A DNA stretch of 64,000 nt from an uncultured Verrucomicrobiota bacterium (GTDB taxonomy: Bacteria > Verrucomicrobiota > Kiritimatiellia > RFP12 > UBA1067). Below, one piece after another: positions 10,455 through 19,294 of the stretch. Within the stretch, counting starts at the first letter, position 1, and the number at the start of each line of letters is the position of its first letter. The notes below the pieces were generated by a model that saw nothing but the letters and a program-made list of their open reading frames with translations, ran no database searches and was not told the origin of the DNA. The stretch is taken from assembly GCA_946533675.1 (NCBI GenBank), contig CAMNBZ010000001.1:64224-128223 (forward strand). The letters are read 5' to 3'. A program made the position numbers and the translations under genes.

Positions 10455-11531
10455 TTACCTGCCACCAAGCATAATTGAATACGCTTTCGGCCATTTTTGT
10501 CTAAATGTCAATGATGCAACAACGAGAAGTGCCGTTGTCCCAACCCATATTGACAAAACAGCAAGAGTTCCACATCCCATGGGAATCGAATTGCACTTTA
10601 CAACCACAAACGACACAGGAATCAATGGGATGAACTGAAACATATAGATGAAAAACGAAGTAGATAGAATGGGACTACGAAGAATCGAGCGTAACCGGTC
10701 AGCCATGATGTCATAAATCGTAAAGATAAATACTAAACCCGCCGTTATACTCATGGCCCTACCAACAATCGCAAAATCCTCCGGCATCCAGATGCGGGCA
10801 GCAACACCAAATATAAGCATAAGCAGAAAACTAACGTAGCACAAACGTTTTGAATTTCTTGATGGATGCCAGTACACTATACTACTTGAAAAATATGCAC
10901 CCAAGATGAACCAGAAAAGCCCTTCAAGGCTGAAACCGCTCCTGAAGAACTGAACATTGGAAAGCGGGGATGCCCACAATACAAATGTTGCAGCAATCAC
11001 AACCGCGCCAATCTTCTTATTCCTTACAACAAACCAATAGACCAGCGGTGACATAGTTATAAGAACAAGCAAGTTTCGAACAAACCACAACGAACCGACA
11101 AGTGGGAATTTTGTGAAATCTACGCCAAGTGCAAGATATGCACACCGACATACTTCGTGGGCTAATACAGAAGCCGGATAGCCATGCCATACGACTGATG
11201 CCATGGTTTTTGCAATTGAAATCACCAATGCGAGAATATTCGCAAGAAGGAATGGTATCAGCAACGTGCGAATCCTCTTTTTCAATACTTTACAATACCA
11301 CGTCAATCCCGTTTCGTAATTTCTAAACAGCAAAAGCCCACTAACAAAAAAGAAATACGGAACAGCGACACGGGTAAACGTGTCTAAGACTACCTCAACG
11401 CACCACCAGTCGAGCGAAAATCTCGCAAACTCAGGATGCGGCACATGAATCAACACCACTAAGCCTGCCGATACAAACGACAGCACCTTTAGTTTATTAG
11501 AGAGATATTTTGGAACCTTCTCAGTACGCAT
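10455..11531 (-). CDS. acyltransferase family 3 membrane protein
   Basis: Multi-pass membrane protein. VLSFVSAGLVVLIHV..VAVPYFFFVSGLLLF is typical of acyltransferase 3. Confidence 0.8.
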   Translation of the reverse strand: MRTEKVPKYLSNKLKVLSFVSAGLVVLIHVPHPEFARFSLDWWCVEVVLDTFTRVAVPYFFFVSGLLLFRNYETGLTWYCKVLKKRIRTLLIPFLLANILALVISIAKTMASVVWHGYPASVLAHEVCRCAYLALGVDFTKFPLVGSLWFVRNLLVLITMSPLVYWFVVRNKKIGAVVIAATFVLWASPLSNVQFFRSGFSLEGLFWFILGAYFSSSIVYWHPSRNSKRLCYVSFLLMLIFGVAARIWMPEDFAIVGRAMSITAGLVFIFTIYDIMADRLRSILRSPILSTSFFIYMFQFIPLIPVSFVVVKCNSIPMGCGTLAVLSIWVGTTALLVVASLTFRQKWPKAYSIMLGGR

Positions 11532-12806
11532 TTAACTCTCCCTCTTATTAAAAGAAAATGCACGTTTTAGTTTTAGCATGGGAATAATTGCGTGTGTGGG
11601 AAGAATTTTTTCCAACCCAACGACAATATGCGCAAATGCACTATCGCTTATAGGGATACCCCCCCTATCCGCATGACGCGTTTTCAGAATTTTATAAGCT
11701 TCGCCCGTGTATGTATCATGTCCGTGTCTCAATTCCTCCTTCACAAGCCAACGAAGATAATCGCTTCTATGCGCTCTATAATATTCCACATCAAAAACAT
11801 CCTTGAACGCATCAAGCACTTCAAGGGCGTCTAGCGTAACAAGCGTACGCTTGCATTTTGAACATTTCATGCAATTGGGCCCCCTATCATCAGTACAAAC
11901 ATGGAGATATTTATGCGCAAGTGGGAATGATGCTACATCACGTGTCTTTGACACACGTGACTTCGCCCCGCCTTCGGGATGAAATCGCAATTGTCGTGAG
12001 GAGAATGCATTAAGAGACAATAGATCGTAACATGCCGAATCGTGGTCATTTATGTGACACAAGGAGAAATACGAAAAATCATGCCCCCATGACGAATAGT
12101 AATACGTCCGCCAGAATTTCTGCAAGGCCAAAACCGTGGATGCATTTACGTATGTATTTGTCAAATCGAAGAAGTGGCAATTCCACCAGCCAAAAAGCGA
12201 TGCAAGATTGGAATTAATTTCAACAAGTTCAAGTCCAACTTCCGCGGCAAAATCTCTAGCCCGTGCACACTTCCATTCAAACTGCCCCGCGCCGCGATTT
12301 GGTTCATAGGCTCCCACATTGTTTAAAACAAGATGGGTAAGGTTATGCCCCTTATAGCCAGAATTCAAATGGTGCAGTATCGAGTGCATCGAATCTATAC
12401 CAAGAGAGGCTCCTGTGCCAACTGCACCCAAATTGGGAAGTTCGCAAGAATCTACAGTTGCAAAAATCTTTGTCGCATACAAATCATGACAATGATCAGA
12501 AAGTGAAGGTATGAGATATGTCCGCAAATTGTATAAGATTTCTTCGCCAACGGGAGCTTCGCATCTTATATCCAACCCATTAGACATAGCAAAACGAAGA
12601 AAGCACACAAGAAATGCATCACTTCGCTCGTAACACAGATACTCACCATACGACTTACTTACTTCTATAAACACCTCTGAACTTCCATATGGAATGGGTG
12701 CGTCCACAAACGCAACAAGCCGAATCTTGCCGCCAAAAAGTTCTACCCTAGGGCTATGAATAAACAATTCCCCCTTATAGCCACTACTGACTTTCGTAAG
12801 CACCAT
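11532..12806 (-). CDS. hypothetical protein (weak PP-loop-like GASLGIDS and a C-terminal Cys cluster)
   Basis: 424-aa ORF in operon context with non-repetitive composition. GTGASLGIDSMH and NCMKCSKCKRT are reminiscent of the adenine-nucleotide alpha-hydrolase family, but no family is recognised. Confidence 0.6.
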   Translation of the reverse strand: MVLTKVSSGYKGELFIHSPRVELFGGKIRLVAFVDAPIPYGSSEVFIEVSKSYGEYLCYERSDAFLVCFLRFAMSNGLDIRCEAPVGEEILYNLRTYLIPSLSDHCHDLYATKIFATVDSCELPNLGAVGTGASLGIDSMHSILHHLNSGYKGHNLTHLVLNNVGAYEPNRGAGQFEWKCARARDFAAEVGLELVEINSNLASLFGWWNCHFFDLTNTYVNASTVLALQKFWRTYYYSSWGHDFSYFSLCHINDHDSACYDLLSLNAFSSRQLRFHPEGGAKSRVSKTRDVASFPLAHKYLHVCTDDRGPNCMKCSKCKRTLVTLDALEVLDAFKDVFDVEYYRAHRSDYLRWLVKEELRHGHDTYTGEAYKILKTRHADRGGIPISDSAFAHIVVGLEKILPTHAIIPMLKLKRAFSFNKRES

Positions 12807-12830
12807 AGGAATTTTACCTCCTTTTTTGTT

Positions 12831-13694
12831 TTATAATGCAAGATTCCTTAAATACTCACCGTATGCAGACTTTCCATAACTTGATGCCAATACACTGAGA
12901 TTCACTCCATCAATCCACCCTTTTGACCAAGCAATCTCTTCAATGCAAGCTATCTGCAGGCCTTGGCGATCAATTAATGCTCGGACAAAGTTAGTGGCAT
13001 CGGCAAGGGAAGCATGGGTACCAGTATCAAGCCAGGCAAAGCCTCGCCCCATAGTCTCCACTGCCAAACGACCCTCTTCGAGATACTGGCGATTGAGATC
13101 GGTTATCTCGTATTCGCCGCGAGCAGATGGTTGAAGCACGGCAGCCTTTTCAACAACATCGTTAGGGTAGAAGTAGAGCCCAACAACTGCGTAGTTGGAT
13201 TTCGGCTTGGCGGGCTTCTCTTCGAGTGAAATGGCGCGGCCAGTAGAATCAAATTCAACTACACCATAACGTTCAGGGTCGCTGACGCGGTACCCAAAGA
13301 CGGTTGGCTCGTTACGCGAAGTCGCCTTTTTGAGAAGGCTCGGCAGATTCGCTCCGTAAAAGATATTGTCGCCAAGAACAAGGCAGGCATCGTCGTCGCC
13401 AAGGAACTCACGACCGAGAACAAACGCCTGAGCGAGTCCATTTGGAACTTCTTGAACTTTATAGGAGAACTTCATGCCAAGCTGGGAACCGTCGCCAAGG
13501 AGACGCTCAAAGTTGGGCAAATCCGTTGGTGTCGAAATTATCAGTACTTCGCGAATATCCGCCAGCATCAACGTCGAAAGCGGATAGTAAATCATCGGCT
13601 TGTCGTAAACCGGCAGAAGCTGCTTGGAGACAACCTTTGTGAGCGGGTGGAGGCGCGTACCCGCACCGCCAGCAAGTATGATGCCTTTTCTCAT
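12831..13694 (-). CDS. rfbA: glucose-1-phosphate thymidylyltransferase
   Basis: [43 protein letters not shown]. Start ATG 13692-13694 is ATGA-coupled to the rfbC stop. Confidence 0.95.
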   Translation of the reverse strand: MRKGIILAGGAGTRLHPLTKVVSKQLLPVYDKPMIYYPLSTLMLADIREVLIISTPTDLPNFERLLGDGSQLGMKFSYKVQEVPNGLAQAFVLGREFLGDDDACLVLGDNIFYGANLPSLLKKATSRNEPTVFGYRVSDPERYGVVEFDSTGRAISLEEKPAKPKSNYAVVGLYFYPNDVVEKAAVLQPSARGEYEITDLNRQYLEEGRLAVETMGRGFAWLDTGTHASLADATNFVRALIDRQGLQIACIEEIAWSKGWIDGVNLSVLASSYGKSAYGEYLRNLAL

Positions 13695-14248
13695 GCAAGA
13701 TTCTCCCAAGGCAGAATCTCGGCAAGCATCGGATGTTTCTGATCTTTTGGCGAGAGCGTCAGTTCTACTCCGACATCTGGCCATTTGATGCCAAGCGCCG
13801 GATCGTCGAAGCGCATGCCCCTGTCTGCTTCTGGTGAATAGAGATTATCGCACTTATAGCTGAAGAGTGTATTGTCCTCAAGGACGATAAATCCATGAGC
13901 AAATCCGCGAGGAATGAAGAACTGGCGGCGATTCTCTGCGGAGAGAGTTACGGCAACATGCTTGCCAAAGGTCGGAGAGTCTTTGCGAATATCGACGGCG
14001 ACATCCCAAACTGCGCCCTTGATTACACGAACTAGCTTTGCCTGAGTATGCGGCACCGCCTGCCAGTGGAGACCTCGTACAACGCCCTTGGATGAAAAGC
14101 TTTCGTTGTCCTGAACGAAGGTGTTTGTTATCCCAGCCTTGCGGTAGCGCTCTGCATTATAAGTCTCACAGAACCAGCCGCGTTCGTCGCCAAACACATC
14201 AGGCTCTATGATTTTCACCCCTGAGATTTCCGTATCAATGATCTTCAT
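13691..14248 (-). CDS. rfbC: dTDP-4-dehydrorhamnose 3,5-epimerase
   Basis: [43 protein letters not shown]. Confidence 0.95.
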   Translation of the reverse strand: MKIIDTEISGVKIIEPDVFGDERGWFCETYNAERYRKAGITNTFVQDNESFSSKGVVRGLHWQAVPHTQAKLVRVIKGAVWDVAVDIRKDSPTFGKHVAVTLSAENRRQFFIPRGFAHGFIVLEDNTLFSYKCDNLYSPEADRGMRFDDPALGIKWPDVGVELTLSPKDQKHPMLAEILPWENLA

Positions 14249-14325
14249 ATTTCATTATTCTTTTGTTAGTATCTAATGTGTTCGTAAGTATTCGTTTTGC
14301 CCGCCTTTCAATCAGCGGGAACTAC

Positions 14326-14526
14326 AGGGTCAGACATGATTGCCACAGTAAATTACCACAGTAGTTTTTCCTTCCATGGCGCCCCATCGACGCATTCGCA
14401 GCGCATATTGCCATTCACAACCGGTCGCTTCTCCAGCACAAGCACCTTGCGCCCCGCCTCCGCGAGCCGCCTCGCCACCGTGCATCCCCATATCCCCGCA
14501 CCTGCAACTATCGCATCAATTGGCAT
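14326..14526. repeat. repeat A, left copy (direct repeat of 18803-18898 plus 19084-19150)
   Basis: By-eye alignment: agggtcagacaTgattgccacagtaaattaccacagtagtttttcc... and ...caccttgcgcccCGcctccgcGagccgcctcgccacc..., with scattered substitutions. Confidence 0.8.
14353..14526 (-). pseudogene. 57-codon remnant of an FAD/NAD Rossmann N-terminus (UDP-galactopyranose-mutase-like)
   Basis: Manual translation gives MPIDAIVAGAGIWGCTVARRLAEAGRKVLVLEKRPVVNGNMRCECVDGAPWKEKLLW*. It has a GxGxxG motif plus an acidic residue ending the beta-strand, and is truncated. A second, interrupted copy lies at 18850-19150. Confidence 0.45.
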
Positions 14527-14744
14527 TTACACTTTCTCCTTTCACCAACCCAATCCCCAATCAGCACCATCAATCCAAATCTCTCCTTCCATCCTCCTCC
14601 GCCCCATCATCCATAAGCCAGCAATACGCACCATCATCGAAAATGGTGCGCACCCAAACCTCCAGCGGTGCGCAGGGCGCTCAAGAGTGAAGTTACTCCT
14701 GCCATATTATTCGTGCAATCCGACAACACCTTCTCCATAGCGAT

Positions 14745-14855
14745 TTAGTTCGAGTTCGAGATGATTTAATTGGAGTTTAGAGTTCGAGTTCGAGAGAGGA
14801 ATGGTTCTTCTTTTTTATATCCACCGCCCCATCATCCCTTACCCAGCAATAAGAA
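14745..14855. repeat. repeat B, left copy (GAGTTC-hexamer run plus a cccatcat..acccagcaata block)
   Basis: Similar to 18680-18770. A partial extra copy of the cccatcat block lies at 14598-14655. Confidence 0.6.
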
Positions 14856-14947
14856 GTCTTTCCACGCAGTGGTACTGATGAGAATCCTATGGTTAGGAGA
14901 CAAAGGGTTTATCGTATCAGTGTTTGTTAATTCTCTCGATTCATAGA

Positions 14948-15754
14948 TTATATTGTTCTGCCCAAACATTCAAATGCCTTTACAATCCCAGCAACTAAAC
15001 GCTTGTGGGATTCTGTTGTCGCGAATCGAACCGCTGCATCCAATAAAACCTGAGAATTATACGCTGGACGACAATCTGTCTTCTTATGAGTAATTCGTTC
15101 GTAAATCTGAAGCAGACTCTTCCCTCTGAATACCAACTCAAACGATTCAAGGATTGATTTAACAACCGAAGGATCTGGCTCCTTAAAGTTTTCTCTTAAC
15201 AATTCGTCCTCGTTCAATTCAACAATAAGAGTACTTCTGTCATCATACCTTTCATTAATTAACTGGTGTATTGATGGCCAACTATGTTTTTCGCCAATCA
15301 TGTTGCGATATTCGTATACATAAAACGCATACCATCTTGATAAAGCCTTTTTAATTAGCAAAATCCGTTCTCTTTCAGGCGAAGAAAACAACCTATGGAT
15401 GCATGATCCCACTAATATATCGTTCTCAATTGAATAGCCAGCTGTAAGCACCAAACCTTTGTACTTCTCAGGCACACCAAATATTACCCATAAGTCTTTA
15501 TCTGCAACGCAAACAATATTAGTTGCCCCAACTCGTTTTGCCTCTTCATAGCAACGCAAGACCGCATCCTTACCACCAACTGCCGTAAAATACACCTTGT
15601 CCTTAAGATCACTCTCCATTTTTTTATAGCATACAATATCATACGATCCTTCAACGATAACAGACAGTCGATCCGAATGTGAGGCCTCGCCTATGAGCTC
15701 AAACGCTTCAAATTCTGGATCCTGATTTACATTTAGTATATCACTTGCGGACAT
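14948..15754 (-). CDS. DUF4435 / TOPRIM-like protein (AriB-like putative nuclease effector)
   Basis: SVIVEGSYDIVCYKKM (EG..D), NIVCVADKDLW (DxD) and GYSIENDIL (IEN) match the DUF4435 motif pattern. It lies 12 nt downstream of the ABC ATPase. Confidence 0.65.
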   Translation of the reverse strand: MSASDILNVNQDPEFEAFELIGEASHSDRLSVIVEGSYDIVCYKKMESDLKDKVYFTAVGGKDAVLRCYEEAKRVGATNIVCVADKDLWVIFGVPEKYKGLVLTAGYSIENDILVGSCIHRLFSSPERERILLIKKALSRWYAFYVYEYRNMIGEKHSWPSIHQLINERYDDRSTLIVELNEDELLRENFKEPDPSVVKSILESFELVFRGKSLLQIYERITHKKTDCRPAYNSQVLLDAAVRFATTESHKRLVAGIVKAFECLGRTI

Positions 15755-15766
15755 GACACCCCCAAC

Positions 15767-16897
15767 TCACTCATTCTCTCCACGATTTGCATCTAAAAAA
15801 TATTCATTCCTAGGATAGCGCGTATATATAAATGGTGAGTGCGTGGCGATGATAAATTGATTAGATGTCTCTTGGGTTAAAAGCCGGTCAAATAATCTTC
15901 TTTGCCAACATACATGTAAATTCAACTCAGGCTCGTCCACAAAAATAATTGTATTCTTTGAAAAAGCGTTATACGTCAAAAAACTCAACATTTGTTTTTC
16001 TCCGGCAGACAGTGCACTCGCGCTTACTGGGCTGGAACCATCACCAAGAATCACCCCCTCACCAATTGTTACTCCACTATTCTTGAATGTTTCTGCCACC
16101 AAATTGCTTAATTCATCTAATGGTTTGCGCATTTTCGCACATTCCTCTTTCAATCCATCCAACTTCTTCTCAATTTCAAAAAGGGCTTTGCGAGCATCAG
16201 TATCATCAGCATTTTTGTTGCGCTGATTCAATGCTCTTTCAATGTATTTAGAAAACTCTAAGTAAAGGTGATTAACATTAGCATTTATTTCATTGTTTAC
16301 GCTCAACAACATCCGTTCAACATCCTTTGTCCCTATAGATGATATAAACTTGTGCTTGCAAGTACTCAAGGCTAAAGAGAAATTATTAACTGCATATGCC
16401 AATTCATTAATCGTTGGCATACGCCTTTTTCGCATATGAAGTTCATCTGCCGTCTCAAAGCCTCCTTCAATGCGCCTAAATGTCGGGAAATATATCGTGT
16501 CTTGCACTATATTAGAAATAGAATCATTTAATGCCTCAAGTTTTCGCCATCCATTAGGAGATATTGCTTCTGAATCATACAAGACATCATAGGACACAGG
16601 ATCCACATTCCCGTCAGGCAAGGACACTGTAAATCGAGCCGCTCGCGGACCTGATTTTACATTTTCATAATCGGGCAACACTTCCAACCTGTATTTATCA
16701 GTCTCGACCACAGCCCTATCAAATACCATTTCAGTAAGGGGAATGCTTTTGTTCGTAGAAAGAAGGCACCATAACAGTTTTAGTATGCTTGTTTTCCCCG
16801 ACCCATTAAGACCTGTCAACACCGTTAGATCCTCATGAAAATCTATTTTATGGTTAATTTTGCCATACAAGCCATAAACTTCAAAACTCTTTACCAT
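15767..16897 (-). CDS. ABC/SMC-like AAA ATPase (AriA-like)
   Basis: Walker A LTGLNGSGKTSILK, signature LSAGEKQMLSF, Walker B IIFVDEPELNLH, H-loop IIATHSP, with a coiled-coil insert between the lobes. Strong SD (GAGGAGGTGATATG). Confidence 0.8.
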   Translation of the reverse strand: MVKSFEVYGLYGKINHKIDFHEDLTVLTGLNGSGKTSILKLLWCLLSTNKSIPLTEMVFDRAVVETDKYRLEVLPDYENVKSGPRAARFTVSLPDGNVDPVSYDVLYDSEAISPNGWRKLEALNDSISNIVQDTIYFPTFRRIEGGFETADELHMRKRRMPTINELAYAVNNFSLALSTCKHKFISSIGTKDVERMLLSVNNEINANVNHLYLEFSKYIERALNQRNKNADDTDARKALFEIEKKLDGLKEECAKMRKPLDELSNLVAETFKNSGVTIGEGVILGDGSSPVSASALSAGEKQMLSFLTYNAFSKNTIIFVDEPELNLHVCWQRRLFDRLLTQETSNQFIIATHSPFIYTRYPRNEYFLDANRGENE

Positions 16898-16906
16898 ATC
16901 ACCTCC

Positions 16907-17788
16907 TCAAAGATTGATAATATTGGTTACGGCATATATTGGATGTCTTCTTCCATCCCCATTGTACTTATTACAACAGAATTTATGAGTTTCTGATACA
17001 TAAACAGAAAATCGACCGGAATTATCGTCAATCACAACAGTTCCAAAATCCTTTACATTAACCTGAAAGACATCATTCAATAAAGAAGATCTTATAATAT
17101 CTGCACCTGCAAGCCCATAAACAATTATTTTGGGTCTTAAAACGTCCTTAATAATATCTATACTTTTCGCTAATGCTGCATTGTCCCTAACTACAAGAAT
17201 ATCAATATTGTCCAATTTTGCACGCACCGTAGAATTTGTCGCCATCTCAAGAAATGTTCGCCTTCCTACATCCCCTGCGACTACTATTTTTTGCCCACTT
17301 GTAGACTTTGCCAAAAGAACAATTGCAGCATCATTTGTATCTAAGCCATCCATAGATATCAAGCCTTGCGATGGCGAAAGCACTTCAAAATTTGCATGTG
17401 GAGATGAGTACCCCGTCTCCACCCTTATTGAGCGGCAAAAATCGCTATGGCGATCTAAAATAAGATCTCTATACAAGTCATAGTCTTTTTCGTCGTCCAA
17501 CGTAGTAGCATCCCATCTATCGGCAAAAACGCCAGGATGCCAGAAATTCCTAAACCCCACCCCTCGATAAAGAGCATTTAATCCATCCATACAGTCCTTC
17601 TTTGGGCAAGTCAGAATGAATCGTGCCAGACCATTTATCGACATATCCAATAAATAATTTATTGGATGATTGTACCCATCAGGAGCGTTTGCATTCCCTG
17701 CGCAAATATCAACAATAGAAGCACTCCCATTGTCATGCTTGAAAATGGTTGACATCCCTCTCAAGAGTTTTAAAATGTGCAGTTCCAA
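16907..17788 (-). CDS. metallo-beta-lactamase-fold (ComEC-like) protein with substituted metal ligands
   Basis: ILTCPKKDCMDG aligns to the MBL motif THPHADHIGG. NDAAIVLLAKSTSGQKIVVAGDV aligns to N.sSlVl....iLltGD. DILVVRDNAA sits in place of LkvpHHGS. TTG start 5 nt after AAGGAG. Confidence 0.5.
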   Translation of the reverse strand: MELHILKLLRGMSTIFKHDNGSASIVDICAGNANAPDGYNHPINYLLDMSINGLARFILTCPKKDCMDGLNALYRGVGFRNFWHPGVFADRWDATTLDDEKDYDLYRDLILDRHSDFCRSIRVETGYSSPHANFEVLSPSQGLISMDGLDTNDAAIVLLAKSTSGQKIVVAGDVGRRTFLEMATNSTVRAKLDNIDILVVRDNAALAKSIDIIKDVLRPKIIVYGLAGADIIRSSLLNDVFQVNVKDFGTVVIDDNSGRFSVYVSETHKFCCNKYNGDGRRHPIYAVTNIINL

Positions 17789-17790
17789 GA

Positions 17791-18666
17791 CTACTCCTTC
17801 AAGGCACTTTCACATTGTTCTGGCTTAGTTGAAGAAAATACAGCCCTAACTCTTTCTGCTGCAATGTTTACCTTTTTGCAGATTGATTTTGATGGCGCCC
17901 TCCCTTTTTTATATGAGTACAGTATCGCGGCATCCAACTCTTTTCGCAATTTGTCTGCAGATTCTTTTAGTGCATTAATCTCATCCGGCGACTCGTTATA
18001 ATGGCTCAACCACCCTGGTATGCGTGTCAATGTTCTTAAACCCTCGTCTATCCCATATAAAACGTAACGAGCCTTGTATCTACATTCTTCCAAGACTTTG
18101 CGCTGCTCATCTGCTTTTTCACGCCATTTATTTAAGGATCTTTCAAAATCAGCTTTCTGCCTTTCGCCTATCAACAGTTCTTTATCATGAGACAGTTTCA
18201 ACCCATACATGTTACAACAAGCAAGTAATTGATACATTGCACCACCAATTTTAGCGTCAAACTCGGCAAGACGAGACCTATAAGCCATTTTATAGTCTTG
18301 GCCAGATTTAAAGGCAGAAACTAAACAATTACCCACTAATGCAACTAAAGCTGCGGCGAGCGCCCCATATGCGGCAGGAATAGTCATCCACCAATTGCCA
18401 CTAATATCCTTGTTACTTGATGGCATCTCTTCCGCTTTACACAACAACACACTTTCAGCACTTGTAATCTCTGAGGGACAGACCACATTGGTGGATTTTA
18501 GGGTGGTAGAATAATTTAGTACTGCCACATTATTCGTGTGATTCAATGCCCCCCTCTCCATCGCATTCGTGTCAACGGCATTCACCCACACTTGCGGCGC
18601 ATCATCCGCGCGGCAAATCCCCGCCGCACAACAAAGCAATACAATTATGGCAAAACCTTTCTGCAT
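17791..18666 (-). CDS. hypothetical membrane protein (signal peptide, one TM helix, helical cytoplasmic tail)
   Basis: MQKGFAIIVLLCCAAGICRA signal peptide, TM helix WWMTIPAAYGALAAALVALVGNCLVSAF, and a charged helical C-terminal half. First gene of the cassette. Confidence 0.7.
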   Translation of the reverse strand: MQKGFAIIVLLCCAAGICRADDAPQVWVNAVDTNAMERGALNHTNNVAVLNYSTTLKSTNVVCPSEITSAESVLLCKAEEMPSSNKDISGNWWMTIPAAYGALAAALVALVGNCLVSAFKSGQDYKMAYRSRLAEFDAKIGGAMYQLLACCNMYGLKLSHDKELLIGERQKADFERSLNKWREKADEQRKVLEECRYKARYVLYGIDEGLRTLTRIPGWLSHYNESPDEINALKESADKLRKELDAAILYSYKKGRAPSKSICKKVNIAAERVRAVFSSTKPEQCESALKE

Positions 18667-18679
18667 TCTATCTAACAGT

Positions 18680-18770
18680 AAAGTTGGAGTTACGAGTTGG
18701 AGTTCGAGAGCGGAATGTTTCTTATTTTATCCTCTTCCGCTCCCATCATTCATTACCCGGCGAATACACC
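18680..18770. repeat. repeat B, right copy
   Basis: gagttggagttcgagagcggaatgtttcttattttatcc..cccatcattcattacccggcgaatac resembles 14775-14855. Confidence 0.6.
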
Positions 18771-18802
18771 CTTTCATCAAAATGGTGCTACGGGGCCAAG
18801 AG

Positions 18803-19150
18803 GGTCAGACTTGATTGCCACAGTAAATTACCACAGTAGTTTTTCCTCTCATGGTGCCCCGTCGACGCATTCGCAGCGCACATTGCTATCCGCAACCGGC
18901 CACAAACCTTTCGATTTACCTCTTCGCATATCGTTTATTCGCACCCCTGGGGGTGAGGAGGTCTTACCCCTAGGGGTGAGAGGGCCTTACCCCTAGGGGT
19001 GAGAGGGTGTTACCCCTAGGGGGAGCGAGACGGCGCCCCCCGGGGATGACATCCATGGGGAAACAATAGGGAACACAATGGGGTCAGCACCTTGCGCCCA
19101 CCTCCGCAAGCCGCCTCGCCACCACACATCCCCAGAGGCCCCTACCGGCT
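18803..19150. repeat. repeat A, right copy, split by an insertion of about 185 bp (18899-19083)
   Basis: 18803-18898 and 19084-19150 align to 14326-14500. The intervening segment is absent from the left copy. Confidence 0.75.
18942..19033. repeat. 4 x 23-bp tandem repeat with a palindromic CCCCTAGGGG core
   Basis: Units at 18942, 18965, 18988 and 19011: tacccctaggggtgagaggg(cct/tgt). The outer units are degenerate. Confidence 0.9.
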
Positions 19151-19228
19151 CCACATTCTTCTTAATCCTGCCTGTCAAGCCTGTCTAAAATCTACGCGGG
19201 CGGCGCGTTGAGGACAACGCGCCCTACC
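19140..19228. repeat. about 90-bp direct repeat R3, left copy (contains a REP-like hairpin)
   Basis: ccctaccggctccacattcttcttaatcctgcctgtcaagcctgtctaaaatctacgcgggcggcgcgttgaggacaacgcgccctacc. Confidence 0.85.
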
Positions 19229-19294
19229 AATCCGAAAATCAAACAATTCTTAATCCTGCCTAAAACTTCCACACGCTCCACATGCTCTACACGG

